Part shown: in pieces, positions 1-6,879 of the stretch
How the letters are laid out: the number at the start of each line of letters is the position of its first letter
Numbering within the stretch: the stretch's first letter is position 1
Assembly (NCBI RefSeq): GCF_014280195.1
Contig: NZ_CP047960.1
Location: 810,001 to 842,000 of the forward strand
DNA from: Synechococcus sp. A15-24
GTDB lineage: Bacteria > Cyanobacteriota > Cyanobacteriia > PCC-6307 > Cyanobiaceae
Direction of reading: 5' to 3'
DNA: 32,000 nucleotides
Made by a program: the position numbers and the translations under genes
The notes under the pieces: model-generated
Told to the model about the DNA's origin: nothing
What the model saw: the letters and a program-made list of their open reading frames with translations, nothing else
The model's database searches: none

Positions 1-740
1 ACGGTGAGAATGCGACCGAAACCCTTGGCGGTGAGGTCGTGCCACATCAGCTGTGGTGCCAGGAAAGTGGTGGACTGGGCGCCGAGCTTGCCCCGCCGTG
101 GTCCCTCCTCCCAATAGGCCTTGAAGCCGCTTGCGTTTTCTGCAGTGATCGTGGCTTCCACCGGGGCTGCGTTCTCCCGCTTGCCCACGGTTTTGTGGTG
201 TGTGAACGGCACGTGGCTCACATCCAGCACGTTCTCCAGGAGGGTGACGGCGTCCATGGGCAGGTCGCGAAACGTGTCCTGAATCGTCCAGCTGTCGGGG
301 TTCTCCTCCAATGCCGGCACCAGCGGCAGCTGCTGGGAATCTGCGCTGTCCGGGGAGCCCATCCACACAAACAGCAGCCCCTGAGCGCTGGCGGTCGGCA
401 GGCTGGCGCAACGGGATCGTCGGCTGTCCGGTTGGGTGTTCTCCAGGGCCTGGGGGATCTGCCGGCACTGGCCATCACCGTCGAAACTCCAGCCGTGATA
501 AGGGCATTCGAGCTGGCCTGCGTCGTTGATGCGCCCCTCACTCAGGGGGACGAGCCGATGGGGGCAAACGTCTGGGAAAACGCGCCAGGATTCACCTGAC
601 TGGTCCCACCAGATGACCAGATCGCGCTCCAGCAGCGTGAAGCGATTGGGGCGCTGGTGATCGAGATCCTGCAGGTAGCTGATCGGCCACCACTGTTCTG
701 TCCAGGTGGGATGCATCGGCTGGCCGAACAATGGGGTCAT
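1..740 (-). CDS. Rieske [2Fe-2S] oxygenase, PaO/Lls1/Tic55-like family (N-terminal ~246 codons; C-terminus lies beyond the window edge)
   Basis: Not in the ORF track because it runs off the edge. Own minus-strand translation from ATG at 740: MTPLFGQPMHPTWTEQWWPISYLQDL...VCPHRLVPLSEG...LECPYHGWSFDGDGQC (Rieske CxH...CxxH), then LLENVLDVSHVPFTHHKT, typical of PaO-type oxygenases. Open to position 1. Confidence 0.85.
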   Translation of the reverse strand, partial: MTPLFGQPMHPTWTEQWWPISYLQDLDHQRPNRFTLLERDLVIWWDQSGESWRVFPDVCPHRLVPLSEGRINDAGQLECPYHGWSFDGDGQCRQIPQALENTQPDSRRSRCASLPTASAQGLLFVWMGSPDSADSQQLPLVPALEENPDSWTIQDTFRDLPMDAVTLLENVLDVSHVPFTHHKTVGKRENAAPVEATITAENASGFKAYWEEGPRRGKLGAQSTTFLAPQLMWHDLTAKGFGRILT

Positions 741-772
741 GATCGCCAGGTTTGTTCGTCGCCGCGTCCGTC

Positions 773-2005
773 ATGCCGCGCCTTGCACCGGATCAGCTTC
801 TTGAGGAACTCACGCCGGTCGATGACCTGTTGATCGTCCAGGACCTCGACGGTGTCTGCATGCAGCTGGTGAAGGATTCCCTCACCCGCCGCATGGATCC
901 TGGCTACGTGAATGCCGCGGCGGACCTGCGGGGGAGCTTTGTGGTGCTCACCAACGGCGAGCACGAGGGACGGCGCGGGGTGAACCGGCTGGTGGAAGCC
1001 GCGTTGGGGAATCAGGTCAAGCCGGAACAGTCGGGTCTATACTTGCCAGGTCTGGCCGCTGGTGGCGTTCAGCTTCAGGATCGTTTCGGTCATCTCAGTC
1101 ACCCAGGGGTGAGTGATGCGGAAATGTCGTTTCTGGCCGCGGCGCCCCTGCGGATGGATCAGCTTCTGCTGGAGCGGATGCCGGAGGAACTGCCGGAGGT
1201 GTCTTCGGAGCAGTTGAAGGTGCTGGCGCAGCAGGCCGTGCTCGATACCCAGGTGTCCCCCACCATCAACCTCAACGGTGTATTCGCTCTGGTGCCAGGG
1301 GATGTGTCCCGTCAGAGGCGTCTTCAGCAGATGCTGGCCGAGCTGATGGACCAGTTGCTGCAGGAGGCCAGTGCTGCAGGACTGGAGGGATCATTCTTTC
1401 TGCATGTCGCCCCCAACCTGGGACGCGATGCCGATGGCCGCGAACGGGCTAAGCCCGCTGCCGCTGGAGACGTCGGAACAACCGACATCCAGTTCATGTT
1501 GACGGGGTCGCTCAAGGAGGCAGGCCTGCTGGTGCTGATCAATCAACACATTGCCCGCCGCCATGGGATCTTCCCCCTGGGGGAAGATTTCAACGTGCGC
1601 ACAGCTCCTCGAGACCATCAAGCCCTGTTGCAGTTGGCCGAGGAACGGTTGCCGATGGAGCGGATGCCGCGTCTTGTGGGGGTGGGCGACACGGTGACGT
1701 CCACGCAGGCCGCAGACGGGCAACGCTGGCTCCGTGGCGGAAGCGATCGCGGCTTTCTCACCCTGCTGAAGGATCTGGGGGCCTGCAGCCATCAACCCAA
1801 TCGCGTGATCCTGGTGGACAGCAGCCATGGCGAGGTGGATCGTCCGAGCCTTGCCGATGGTCGTTTGCTGGGCATCAGTGATCCGGAGGATCCGCTGGAG
1901 TTGGATGTGCTGATGCCCGGGGGCCCGGCGGACTACATCAGCTGGTTTCAGACCCTGGCGCAGCGTCGACGGGCTTGCGGTCATGCCATTCCCGAGACGG
2001 CGTGA
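773..2005 (+). CDS. stpA: glucosylglycerol-phosphate phosphatase (StpA/GgpP salt-tolerance phosphatase family)
   Basis: ORF track 752..2005 (TTG); first ATG at 773 (MPRLAPDQLLEEL). The block LLIVQDLDGVCMQLVKDSLTRRMDPGYVNAA...FVVLTNGEHEGRRGVN matches my recollection of cyanobacterial StpA, and ~410 aa fits. Recall only, not searched. Confidence 0.6.
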   Translation: MPRLAPDQLLEELTPVDDLLIVQDLDGVCMQLVKDSLTRRMDPGYVNAAADLRGSFVVLTNGEHEGRRGVNRLVEAALGNQVKPEQSGLYLPGLAAGGVQLQDRFGHLSHPGVSDAEMSFLAAAPLRMDQLLLERMPEELPEVSSEQLKVLAQQAVLDTQVSPTINLNGVFALVPGDVSRQRRLQQMLAELMDQLLQEASAAGLEGSFFLHVAPNLGRDADGRERAKPAAAGDVGTTDIQFMLTGSLKEAGLLVLINQHIARRHGIFPLGEDFNVRTAPRDHQALLQLAEERLPMERMPRLVGVGDTVTSTQAADGQRWLRGGSDRGFLTLLKDLGACSHQPNRVILVDSSHGEVDRPSLADGRLLGISDPEDPLELDVLMPGGPADYISWFQTLAQRRRACGHAIPETA

Positions 2006-2900
2006 TCTTCAGCAGAAACGGCATCTGGGTGATCGAGGGTTTGCCACCGCTCACCCAGACCGCGTGCTCATGGCTCCAGGGCCGTTTGCCGGGAACGATC
2101 AGACGCGACTTGGAGGCATGATCCGGCAGAAAGGAGGCCAGGAAACCCTTGTCGCCGACGAAGTTTTTGAGATCGCTGAACAGCACCCCATCGGCGGTTT
2201 CCACCAGTTCAAGCTGTCCATCCGGCCGGATGCCGTAGACGATGCGCACGTCGGCGAGTCGCATCTCCCCATAAACACCTGCGTAGGACGGTGGCGCTTC
2301 CTGGGTGGTGTTGGTGAAGGCGTGCAGGCCGCCGATGAACACCCGCAAGCGCTGCGCAAGCTCAGCTGTGAGCGAGCCGTAGCCGTACTCCAGCTCGCCA
2401 GCACGGCTGATGCCTACCCAGGCCCGTTCGGCTGCAGCGGCACGATTGTCCGACGGCCAGAGACCGTTGGCCAGCATCAGATCACCATGGAGGCGCATGG
2501 CCAAGTCACCGTTGCCGCTTCCCCGGGCAAAGGTGGGGCCTGAGGTGAACAGCAGAGCTTGCTCATCGGCATTGGCGTCCAATTCCCGGTTCCAGCCACC
2601 GAAAAACTCGACCGTGGTCCAGCGGGGCTCCACAACAACGCTGGTGTAGCCGATGCTGATGCTCGTGCCATTGGATCGGAGCACATCCAGGGTCTGATCA
2701 GGCAGAAATCGCATCAGGCGATCCCTGGACGGCGGTAGTGGTGGCGGTTCGATGGAAGGAACCAGCTTGCTGTTCGACTTCAGCGCTGAATGCTTTGCCT
2801 GATGTTCAGGATGCATCCACCATGCAATGCCCATGCCGAGCAAGCCTGAGGCCAGGCAGAGGGCCAGCAGCGGCAGGGGACGCACAGGACAGGATTGCAT
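1938..2900 (-). CDS. hypothetical membrane-anchored/exported protein
   Basis: ORF track 1938..2966 (TTG). The first ATG at 2900 gives MQSCPVRPLPLLALCLASGLLGMGIAWW (N-terminal TM/signal anchor), then a ~290-aa soluble domain. No family recognised. Convergent 68-nt overlap with the stpA 3' end. Confidence 0.55.
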   Translation of the reverse strand: MQSCPVRPLPLLALCLASGLLGMGIAWWMHPEHQAKHSALKSNSKLVPSIEPPPLPPSRDRLMRFLPDQTLDVLRSNGTSISIGYTSVVVEPRWTTVEFFGGWNRELDANADEQALLFTSGPTFARGSGNGDLAMRLHGDLMLANGLWPSDNRAAAAERAWVGISRAGELEYGYGSLTAELAQRLRVFIGGLHAFTNTTQEAPPSYAGVYGEMRLADVRIVYGIRPDGQLELVETADGVLFSDLKNFVGDKGFLASFLPDHASKSRLIVPGKRPWSHEHAVWVSGGKPSITQMPFLLKITPSREWHDRKPVDAAPGSETS

Positions 2901-3080
2901 CGCTTCAGTGTGAACCGGTTGAGGGGCCTGAGCAACATCGTCTTGGTGCCAACCATTCAGTTTCAATGAGGTCTTGCGACATTGATTGTGATCAGCACGT
3001 CGTTTGTCTCAATCGGTCAATTCACGTTGAAATCGATCAGACTTTTGTTGTGATTGATACGGATGGCTTGAGCTCAAGTC

Positions 3081-3104
3081 GTCAAATCCACCTGTCAGAT
3101 CCAC
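3081..3104 (+). promoter_or_regulatory. tandem direct repeat GTCA(A/G)ATCCAC x2 immediately upstream of the arsS start
   Basis: gtcaaatccac (3081-3091) and gtcagatccac (3094-3104) match at 10/11 positions, start-to-start 13 nt. A degenerate third copy gtcaattcac lies at 3016-3025. All are inside the AT-rich divergent intergenic region 2901-3107. Function unknown. Confidence 0.25.
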
Positions 3105-3107
3105 GGT

Positions 3108-4097
3108 TTGGTCGTTGGGTCTGAAAAGATCAAACTCCCAGAGGCGTTGCTGCTGATCACCCCTTCACTCCCCTTTCCCCCGCTGCAGCGCGGGGCTCTC
3201 ACCACCCTCCAGGTGAACCTCGGCTACCGCTGTAATCAGAGCTGCAGCCACTGCCACGTCAATGCCGGTCCCACCAGGACCGAAATGATGAGCACGGAGC
3301 TGGTGGCGCTGATTCCTTCTCTGCTTGAGCGTCGAGCGATCCGTTGTCTGGACCTCACCGGCGGGGCTCCGGAACTTCATCCTGATTTCCGTTCCTTGGT
3401 GCGCCGTGCCCGGGATCAGGGAGTTGCGGTGATCGATCGCTGCAATCTCACGATTCTTTCGGAGCCTGGACAGGACGCCTTGGCCCAGTTTCTGGCGGAC
3501 CAGCGGGTCGGTGTGATTGCCTCCCTGCCCTGTTACAGCGCCGCCAATGTCGACCAACAACGGGGTGATGGGGTGTTTGAACGCAGCCTTGAGGGTCTGC
3601 GGATGCTGAATGCCCTCGGGTACGGCAGTGGGGACCCGGAACGATCCCTCGATCTGGTGTTCAATCCGCAGGGGCCGTCTCTTCCCCCAGCGCAGGAGCT
3701 GCTTGAGGCGGATTACAAGCGTGAGCTTGGATCCATGGGCATCCGCTTCGACCGGCTGCTGACCCTGGCCAACATGCCGATTCAGCGCTTTTCCCGCCAG
3801 TTGGAGCTGCAAGGTCGGCTGACGGCCTATCAGCGCCTGCTGGAGGAGGCCCACAACCCCGCCAATCTCGCTGCCGTCATGTGTCGCCAACTGCTCAGTG
3901 TCGACTGGCAAGGTCATCTTTATGACTGCGATTTCAACCAGCAACTGGCCCTGTCAGTCCAGGGCGGCGTTCGTCATCTGCGCGATCTGCTGGATGACTC
4001 GACGGTGATTGAGGGTGATCCGATTCGAACGGCGCAGCATTGCTTCGGCTGCACGGCCGGGGCGGGATCCAGCTGCGGTGGGGCACTTCAGGGTTGA
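3108..4097 (+). CDS. arsS: radical SAM / Cys-rich-domain protein, arsenosugar-biosynthesis ArsS family
   Basis: LQVNLGYRCNQSCSHCHVNAGP carries the CxxxCxxC radical-SAM cluster, and the C-terminal tail is Cys-rich (AQHCFGCTAGAGSSCGGAL). This combination defines the ArsS-type family. The only in-frame start before the cluster is TTG at 3108. Confidence 0.8.
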   Translation: MVVGSEKIKLPEALLLITPSLPFPPLQRGALTTLQVNLGYRCNQSCSHCHVNAGPTRTEMMSTELVALIPSLLERRAIRCLDLTGGAPELHPDFRSLVRRARDQGVAVIDRCNLTILSEPGQDALAQFLADQRVGVIASLPCYSAANVDQQRGDGVFERSLEGLRMLNALGYGSGDPERSLDLVFNPQGPSLPPAQELLEADYKRELGSMGIRFDRLLTLANMPIQRFSRQLELQGRLTAYQRLLEEAHNPANLAAVMCRQLLSVDWQGHLYDCDFNQQLALSVQGGVRHLRDLLDDSTVIEGDPIRTAQHCFGCTAGAGSSCGGALQG

Positions 4098-4372
4098 GCC
4101 TGGTCCGTGCCAGTGATGCGGTTGATGGCGACACCGGCAGGGGCCAGCAGCAGCACCGTTTCACTGATGCGTTGCTGCTGGCCATCCAGGGCATGGACCC
4201 CTCCGGAGACCAGATCAGCGGCGCGCTGGGCCAGCTCTGGAGTGAGACGACTCAAATTGAGCACCACAGTGCGTTGTTCCCGCACAGCCAGCACGGCTTC
4301 CAGGGCGTCATTGAACTGCTCGGGCATCAGCACAACCACGTCGTGCCATCCATCGGAGCGACTGTTCACCAT
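4088..4372 (-). CDS. SepF/DUF552-like small protein
   Basis: 94 aa with an ATG start. VVVLMPEQFNDALEAVLAVREQRTVVLNLSRL...AQRAADLVSGGVHALDGQQQRISETVLLLAP follows the SepF core pattern. It lacks the long N-terminal part of full-length SepF. Confidence 0.65.
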   Translation of the reverse strand: MVNSRSDGWHDVVVLMPEQFNDALEAVLAVREQRTVVLNLSRLTPELAQRAADLVSGGVHALDGQQQRISETVLLLAPAGVAINRITGTDQAQP

Positions 4373-4403
4373 GGGTTCATGATGTGGGGCTGTTGCTGAA
4401 CGC

Positions 4404-4628
4404 GTGGTGTCGCTTGCAGGAATGTTGCTCGCTTTGCTGGGCCTGGGGCTCTGGGGAGGGGTTGTGTCAGCTCATGAGCACGGCGGGCAACCGAAGCAGG
4501 CGATGTTCAAGACGCGCGCTGGAGCGGAGGCAGCTGCTCCTGGCTTTGGCTGCCAAGGGGCCCATCCCATGGGTGAGATGTGGATGGTCTGTGAGAAGCA
4601 TGGTCAGTCCGAGCAGCACGGACACTGA
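4404..4628 (+). CDS. small secreted Cys/His-motif protein (DUF3721-like module, recall only)
   Basis: Signal peptide MVSLAGMLLALLGLGLWGGVVSA, then HEHGG... The module FKTRAGAEAAAPGFGCQGAHPMGEMWMVCEKH is followed by a His-rich end, GQSEQHGH. GC3-rich codons. Start is GTG 4404 or ATG 4422. Confidence 0.6.
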   Translation: MVSLAGMLLALLGLGLWGGVVSAHEHGGQPKQAMFKTRAGAEAAAPGFGCQGAHPMGEMWMVCEKHGQSEQHGH

Positions 4629-4631
4629 GCC

Positions 4632-5030
4632 ATGGCAACGGGAGGGGGACATTGCGGCAGCAAACCGAAGCGGATTGCCATCGGGATCGCCCCGCTGGGC
4701 ACCATTTCGATCGGCATCGTTCCGATGGGGGTGATCTGCATCGGTGTGGTGCCGATGGGAGTTGTTTCCATTGGCGTGGTGGCCATGGGAGTGTTCAATG
4801 CCGCCATCGTTGGGATGGGGCTGGTGGCTGTGGGGGTCAACACGATGGGCGTGATCACCGCCGGGCCGATGAGCATGGGGTTGATTCAGATCCGTTCCAC
4901 CACCAACCCCCGCTACCTGGCCTACCCAAGCCGGGAGGAGGCCGAAGCCCAGGCGAAGGTTCTGGGTTGTGAGGGGGTGCATCGCATGGGTGATCGCTAC
5001 TGGATGCCCTGCAATGAACATCCCAAGTAG
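4632..5030 (+). CDS. Met/Gly decapeptide-repeat protein ending in the same Cys/His module
   Basis: ATG start, 132 aa. Residues 15-84 are seven xxxGxxx(M/L)Gx repeats. The C-terminus YPSREEAEAQAKVLGCEGVHRMGDRYWMPCNEH aligns position by position with the upstream ORF's module. GC3 favours this strand over the antisense His-rich ORF. Confidence 0.6.
   Translation: MATGGGHCGSKPKRIAIGIAPLGTISIGIVPMGVICIGVVPMGVVSIGVVAMGVFNAAIVGMGLVAVGVNTMGVITAGPMSMGLIQIRSTTNPRYLAYPSREEAEAQAKVLGCEGVHRMGDRYWMPCNEHPK
4674..4883 (+). repeat. seven imperfect tandem 30-nt repeats (coding decapeptides)
   Basis: IAIGIAPLGT / ISIGIVPMGV / ICIGVVPMGV / VSIGVVAMGV / FNAAIVGMGL / VAVGVNTMGV / ITAGPMSMGL. Gly at repeat position 4 (6 of 7), Met/Leu at 8 and Gly at 9 are conserved. 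Confidence 0.8.
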
Positions 5031-5039
5031 GGGAAAGCG

Positions 5040-5528
5040 TCAGTCCTGACAATTTGGGCAAAGGGCCCGCACATTCAGACTGGACTCGATCAATTTGAAG
5101 CCGAACTGCTGAGCGGCATCGGCGCCGGCCATTAGCACCGGCTCACTTTCGAATTCTTCGGTGCGTCCGCAGCGGATGCACACCACATGGTGGTGATCGC
5201 GGTGATCACCCTGGGCAAGCTCAAAGCGACGGCCCCCTTCACTGAGCTCCAACTCCTGCAGAAACCCCATGTCCGCCAGCAGGCGGAGGGTTCGGTACAC
5301 GGTCGCCAGCGAGACCTTCAGCTGCAGGGATGCCAGTTGTTGATGCACCTCCTCTGCACTTAAGTGACAGCCGGAGCCGCGGTGTACGAACAACTCGAGA
5401 ACCCGTTTCCGCTGGGGTGTCAGACGACGACCGTCCTGGTGGAGGCCCTGCTGAAGGGACCCATCGGTGGGAGCAGACGGGGAGGACAGCGACACCGACC
5501 AGGACCAGTTGTTCTCAACAGTAATCAC
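5040..5528 (-). CDS. Fur-family metalloregulator (Fur/Zur/PerR not resolvable from sequence alone)
   Basis: RLTPQRKRVLELF...LATVYRTLRLLADMGFL is the winged helix; GDHRDHHHVVCIRCGRTEEF and CPNC give His cluster plus CxxC...CxxC. GTG start at 5528; a shorter N-terminus is possible. Confidence 0.85.
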   Translation of the reverse strand: MITVENNWSWSVSLSSPSAPTDGSLQQGLHQDGRRLTPQRKRVLELFVHRGSGCHLSAEEVHQQLASLQLKVSLATVYRTLRLLADMGFLQELELSEGGRRFELAQGDHRDHHHVVCIRCGRTEEFESEPVLMAGADAAQQFGFKLIESSLNVRALCPNCQD

Positions 5529-5594
5529 TAATGAGAGGCTTCAGCACGGCTGCGGTGCGATCGCGATTCCGCGGATACGCTCCGGGGCATCGGC

Positions 5595-6326
5595 TTGCAG
5601 CGCTGCGTGGATCTCAACCTGCATCCTCGCCAGGACAACCCACGGCTCAAGGATGTGGACGCTCTTCTGGAGGGCTCCACGATCGTCGCCTGCATGGGGG
5701 ATCGGCTGACCTTGGCCAGCTTTGGCATGGCGATGACGATCTGGCCGCGGCTTCTGGCAGCCGTCACCACCGCTGATGAGGCATTGCTCTGCGTGCGGCA
5801 GCACAAGCCCGATCTGTTGTTCGTGACCGAAGATCTTGAACAGGGTTACGGCATCAGCCTGATGCGTGAGGTGGAAGAGATCCACGCCCCCACTCGCACA
5901 CTGATTTTTCTGCGACGTGAAAATCCGTTGGTCGTGAACGAAGCGCTTGAGGCTGGCGCCGATGGTGTGATGTTCATCTCTTCGATCGGGAGCCATCGCG
6001 GTGACTTCTTCAAGGCGCTGCAACGCACCCGTGACGGAGGTGTCTATTACCCCGATGCCATCCGTGCGATGGTCCGCGAAACGTCGCCCCAGGACCGAGA
6101 TGCTCAGCTGTTGCTCGAGGATCTGTCCGAGCTGGAACTGGAGGTGCTGCGATTGCTGACTGCAGGTCAGACCAATCGCGAGATTTCAGACGAACTGTTT
6201 GTCTCTGCGGAGACGGTCAAAAGTCATGTCAGCGCCGTGATCGGAAAGCTTGGTGTGCGTGACCGCACCCAGGCGGCCATCTTTGCCATTCGGAATGGAA
6301 GAGATCTGATCCCGTCTGCGAAGTGA
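5595..6326 (+). CDS. LuxR/NarL-type response regulator with a degenerate (pseudo-)receiver domain
   Basis: The C-terminal HTH LSELELEVLRLLTAGQTNREISDELFVSAETVKSHVSAVIGKLGVRDRTQA is LuxR/GerE type. The N-terminal receiver-like fold has Thr at the expected phospho-Asp position (PDLLFVTEDLEQG). The track start is TTG 5595; GVG-type start GTG 5655 (MDALLEGSTIV) looks more likely. Confidence 0.8.
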   Translation: MQRCVDLNLHPRQDNPRLKDVDALLEGSTIVACMGDRLTLASFGMAMTIWPRLLAAVTTADEALLCVRQHKPDLLFVTEDLEQGYGISLMREVEEIHAPTRTLIFLRRENPLVVNEALEAGADGVMFISSIGSHRGDFFKALQRTRDGGVYYPDAIRAMVRETSPQDRDAQLLLEDLSELELEVLRLLTAGQTNREISDELFVSAETVKSHVSAVIGKLGVRDRTQAAIFAIRNGRDLIPSAK

Positions 6327-6352
6327 TGCTGCAGTGCCGATAACGGTGATAC

Positions 6353-6378
6353 GTTCCGCACACGGATCTCTGCGGAAC
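6353..6378 (+). promoter_or_regulatory. perfect 8-bp stem-loop ending 1 nt before the ATG of the next gene
   Basis: gttccgca-cacggatctc-tgcggaac. No U-tract follows, so it is not a classical terminator. It would occlude the ribosome-binding region of the 6380 ORF. Confidence 0.4.
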
Positions 6379-6379
6379 G

Positions 6380-6646
6380 ATGGAAACCCACGTCCTCACC
6401 TTCAGCATCACCAAGCCCTTCAGCGAATGGGCCAAGATTTATGACCAATCTGCGCCCTTCCAAAAAGCAGCCGGCATCACCTCGCTCTATCGCGGCGTCA
6501 GCAAAGACGACCCCAGCAAGGTGTGCGCGGTGATGCAAGCCCAACCCGGTGTGATGGAGCAGTTCATTGAAGACAACACCGAGTTGATCGTCTCTTCCGG
6601 TCACGTTCTGGAGAGCACCGTTAGCCAGGTGTTCCTCGCCGGCTGA
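6380..6646 (+). CDS. small conserved hypothetical protein (possibly DUF3764-type, recall only)
   Basis: 88 aa with an ATG start and GC3-rich codons: METHVLTFSITKPFSEWAKIYDQS...YRGVSKDDPSKVCAVMQ. Its stop overlaps the next ATG (TGATG). Confidence 0.6.
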   Translation: METHVLTFSITKPFSEWAKIYDQSAPFQKAAGITSLYRGVSKDDPSKVCAVMQAQPGVMEQFIEDNTELIVSSGHVLESTVSQVFLAG

Positions 6647-6879
6647 TGGGCTGGAATCCCGCCCGGGCCTGGACCAGTCAGGACCCTGTGGGGGGGTATC
6701 GCCACTTTCAGCTGGTTCTGCAGGGTGGTCGTGGCGATCAGCGTTGGGTTGAGCTGGCGGCGGTGCTGGCTCCGGGGTACCGCGAGCGGGTGCTCTGGCG
6801 AGATCTGAAGGACCGCTCCCGCTGGATCAGTGGTTGGCAGTCCATCCCCGAGAGCCATGCGGATCCTGCAGCTGAGTGA
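6646..6879 (+). CDS. small Trp-rich conserved hypothetical protein
   Basis: 77 aa with six Trp residues (MGWNPARAW...RWVEL...[16 protein letters not shown]). Translationally coupled to the upstream ORF and overlaps the next gene by 23 nt. Confidence 0.6.
   Translation: MGWNPARAWTSQDPVGGYRHFQLVLQGGRGDQRWVELAAVLAPGYRERVLWRDLKDRSRWISGWQSIPESHADPAAE

Noticed and set aside
39-599. Plus-strand ORFs 39..599, 311..529 and minus 218..541 at the window start.
   Set aside because: They overlap the clearly real minus-strand Rieske oxygenase gene (1..740) and translate to Arg/Gly/Pro-rich nonsense. They are shadow ORFs typical of GC-rich DNA.
3047-3060. GTTGTGATTGATAC upstream of arsS, which fits the minimal NtcA pattern GT-N10-AC with a TAC right half.
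   Set aside because: The left half is GTT rather than GTA, and no -10-like box sits at the expected ~22-nt spacing. This pattern occurs easily by chance in AT-rich DNA.
4626-4628. The in-frame TGA read as selenocysteine. The neighbouring ArsS family has selenoprotein members.
   Set aside because: I see no convincing SECIS-like hairpin immediately downstream, and cyanobacteria are not known to me to carry Sec machinery. A true stop or a nonsense split is far more likely.
4467-5021. A 184-aa His-rich ORF on the minus strand, directly downstream of and co-directional with the Fur-family gene. It is tempting as a metal-binding protein.
   Set aside because: It is the in-register antisense of the Met-rich plus-strand ORFs (ATG versus CAT). 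Its codons end mostly in T/A (cat, gat, aat), against the strong GC3 bias of this genome. It would run antisense through the signal-peptide ORF, and its termini look non-protein-like. Kept only as a note in the repeat finding.
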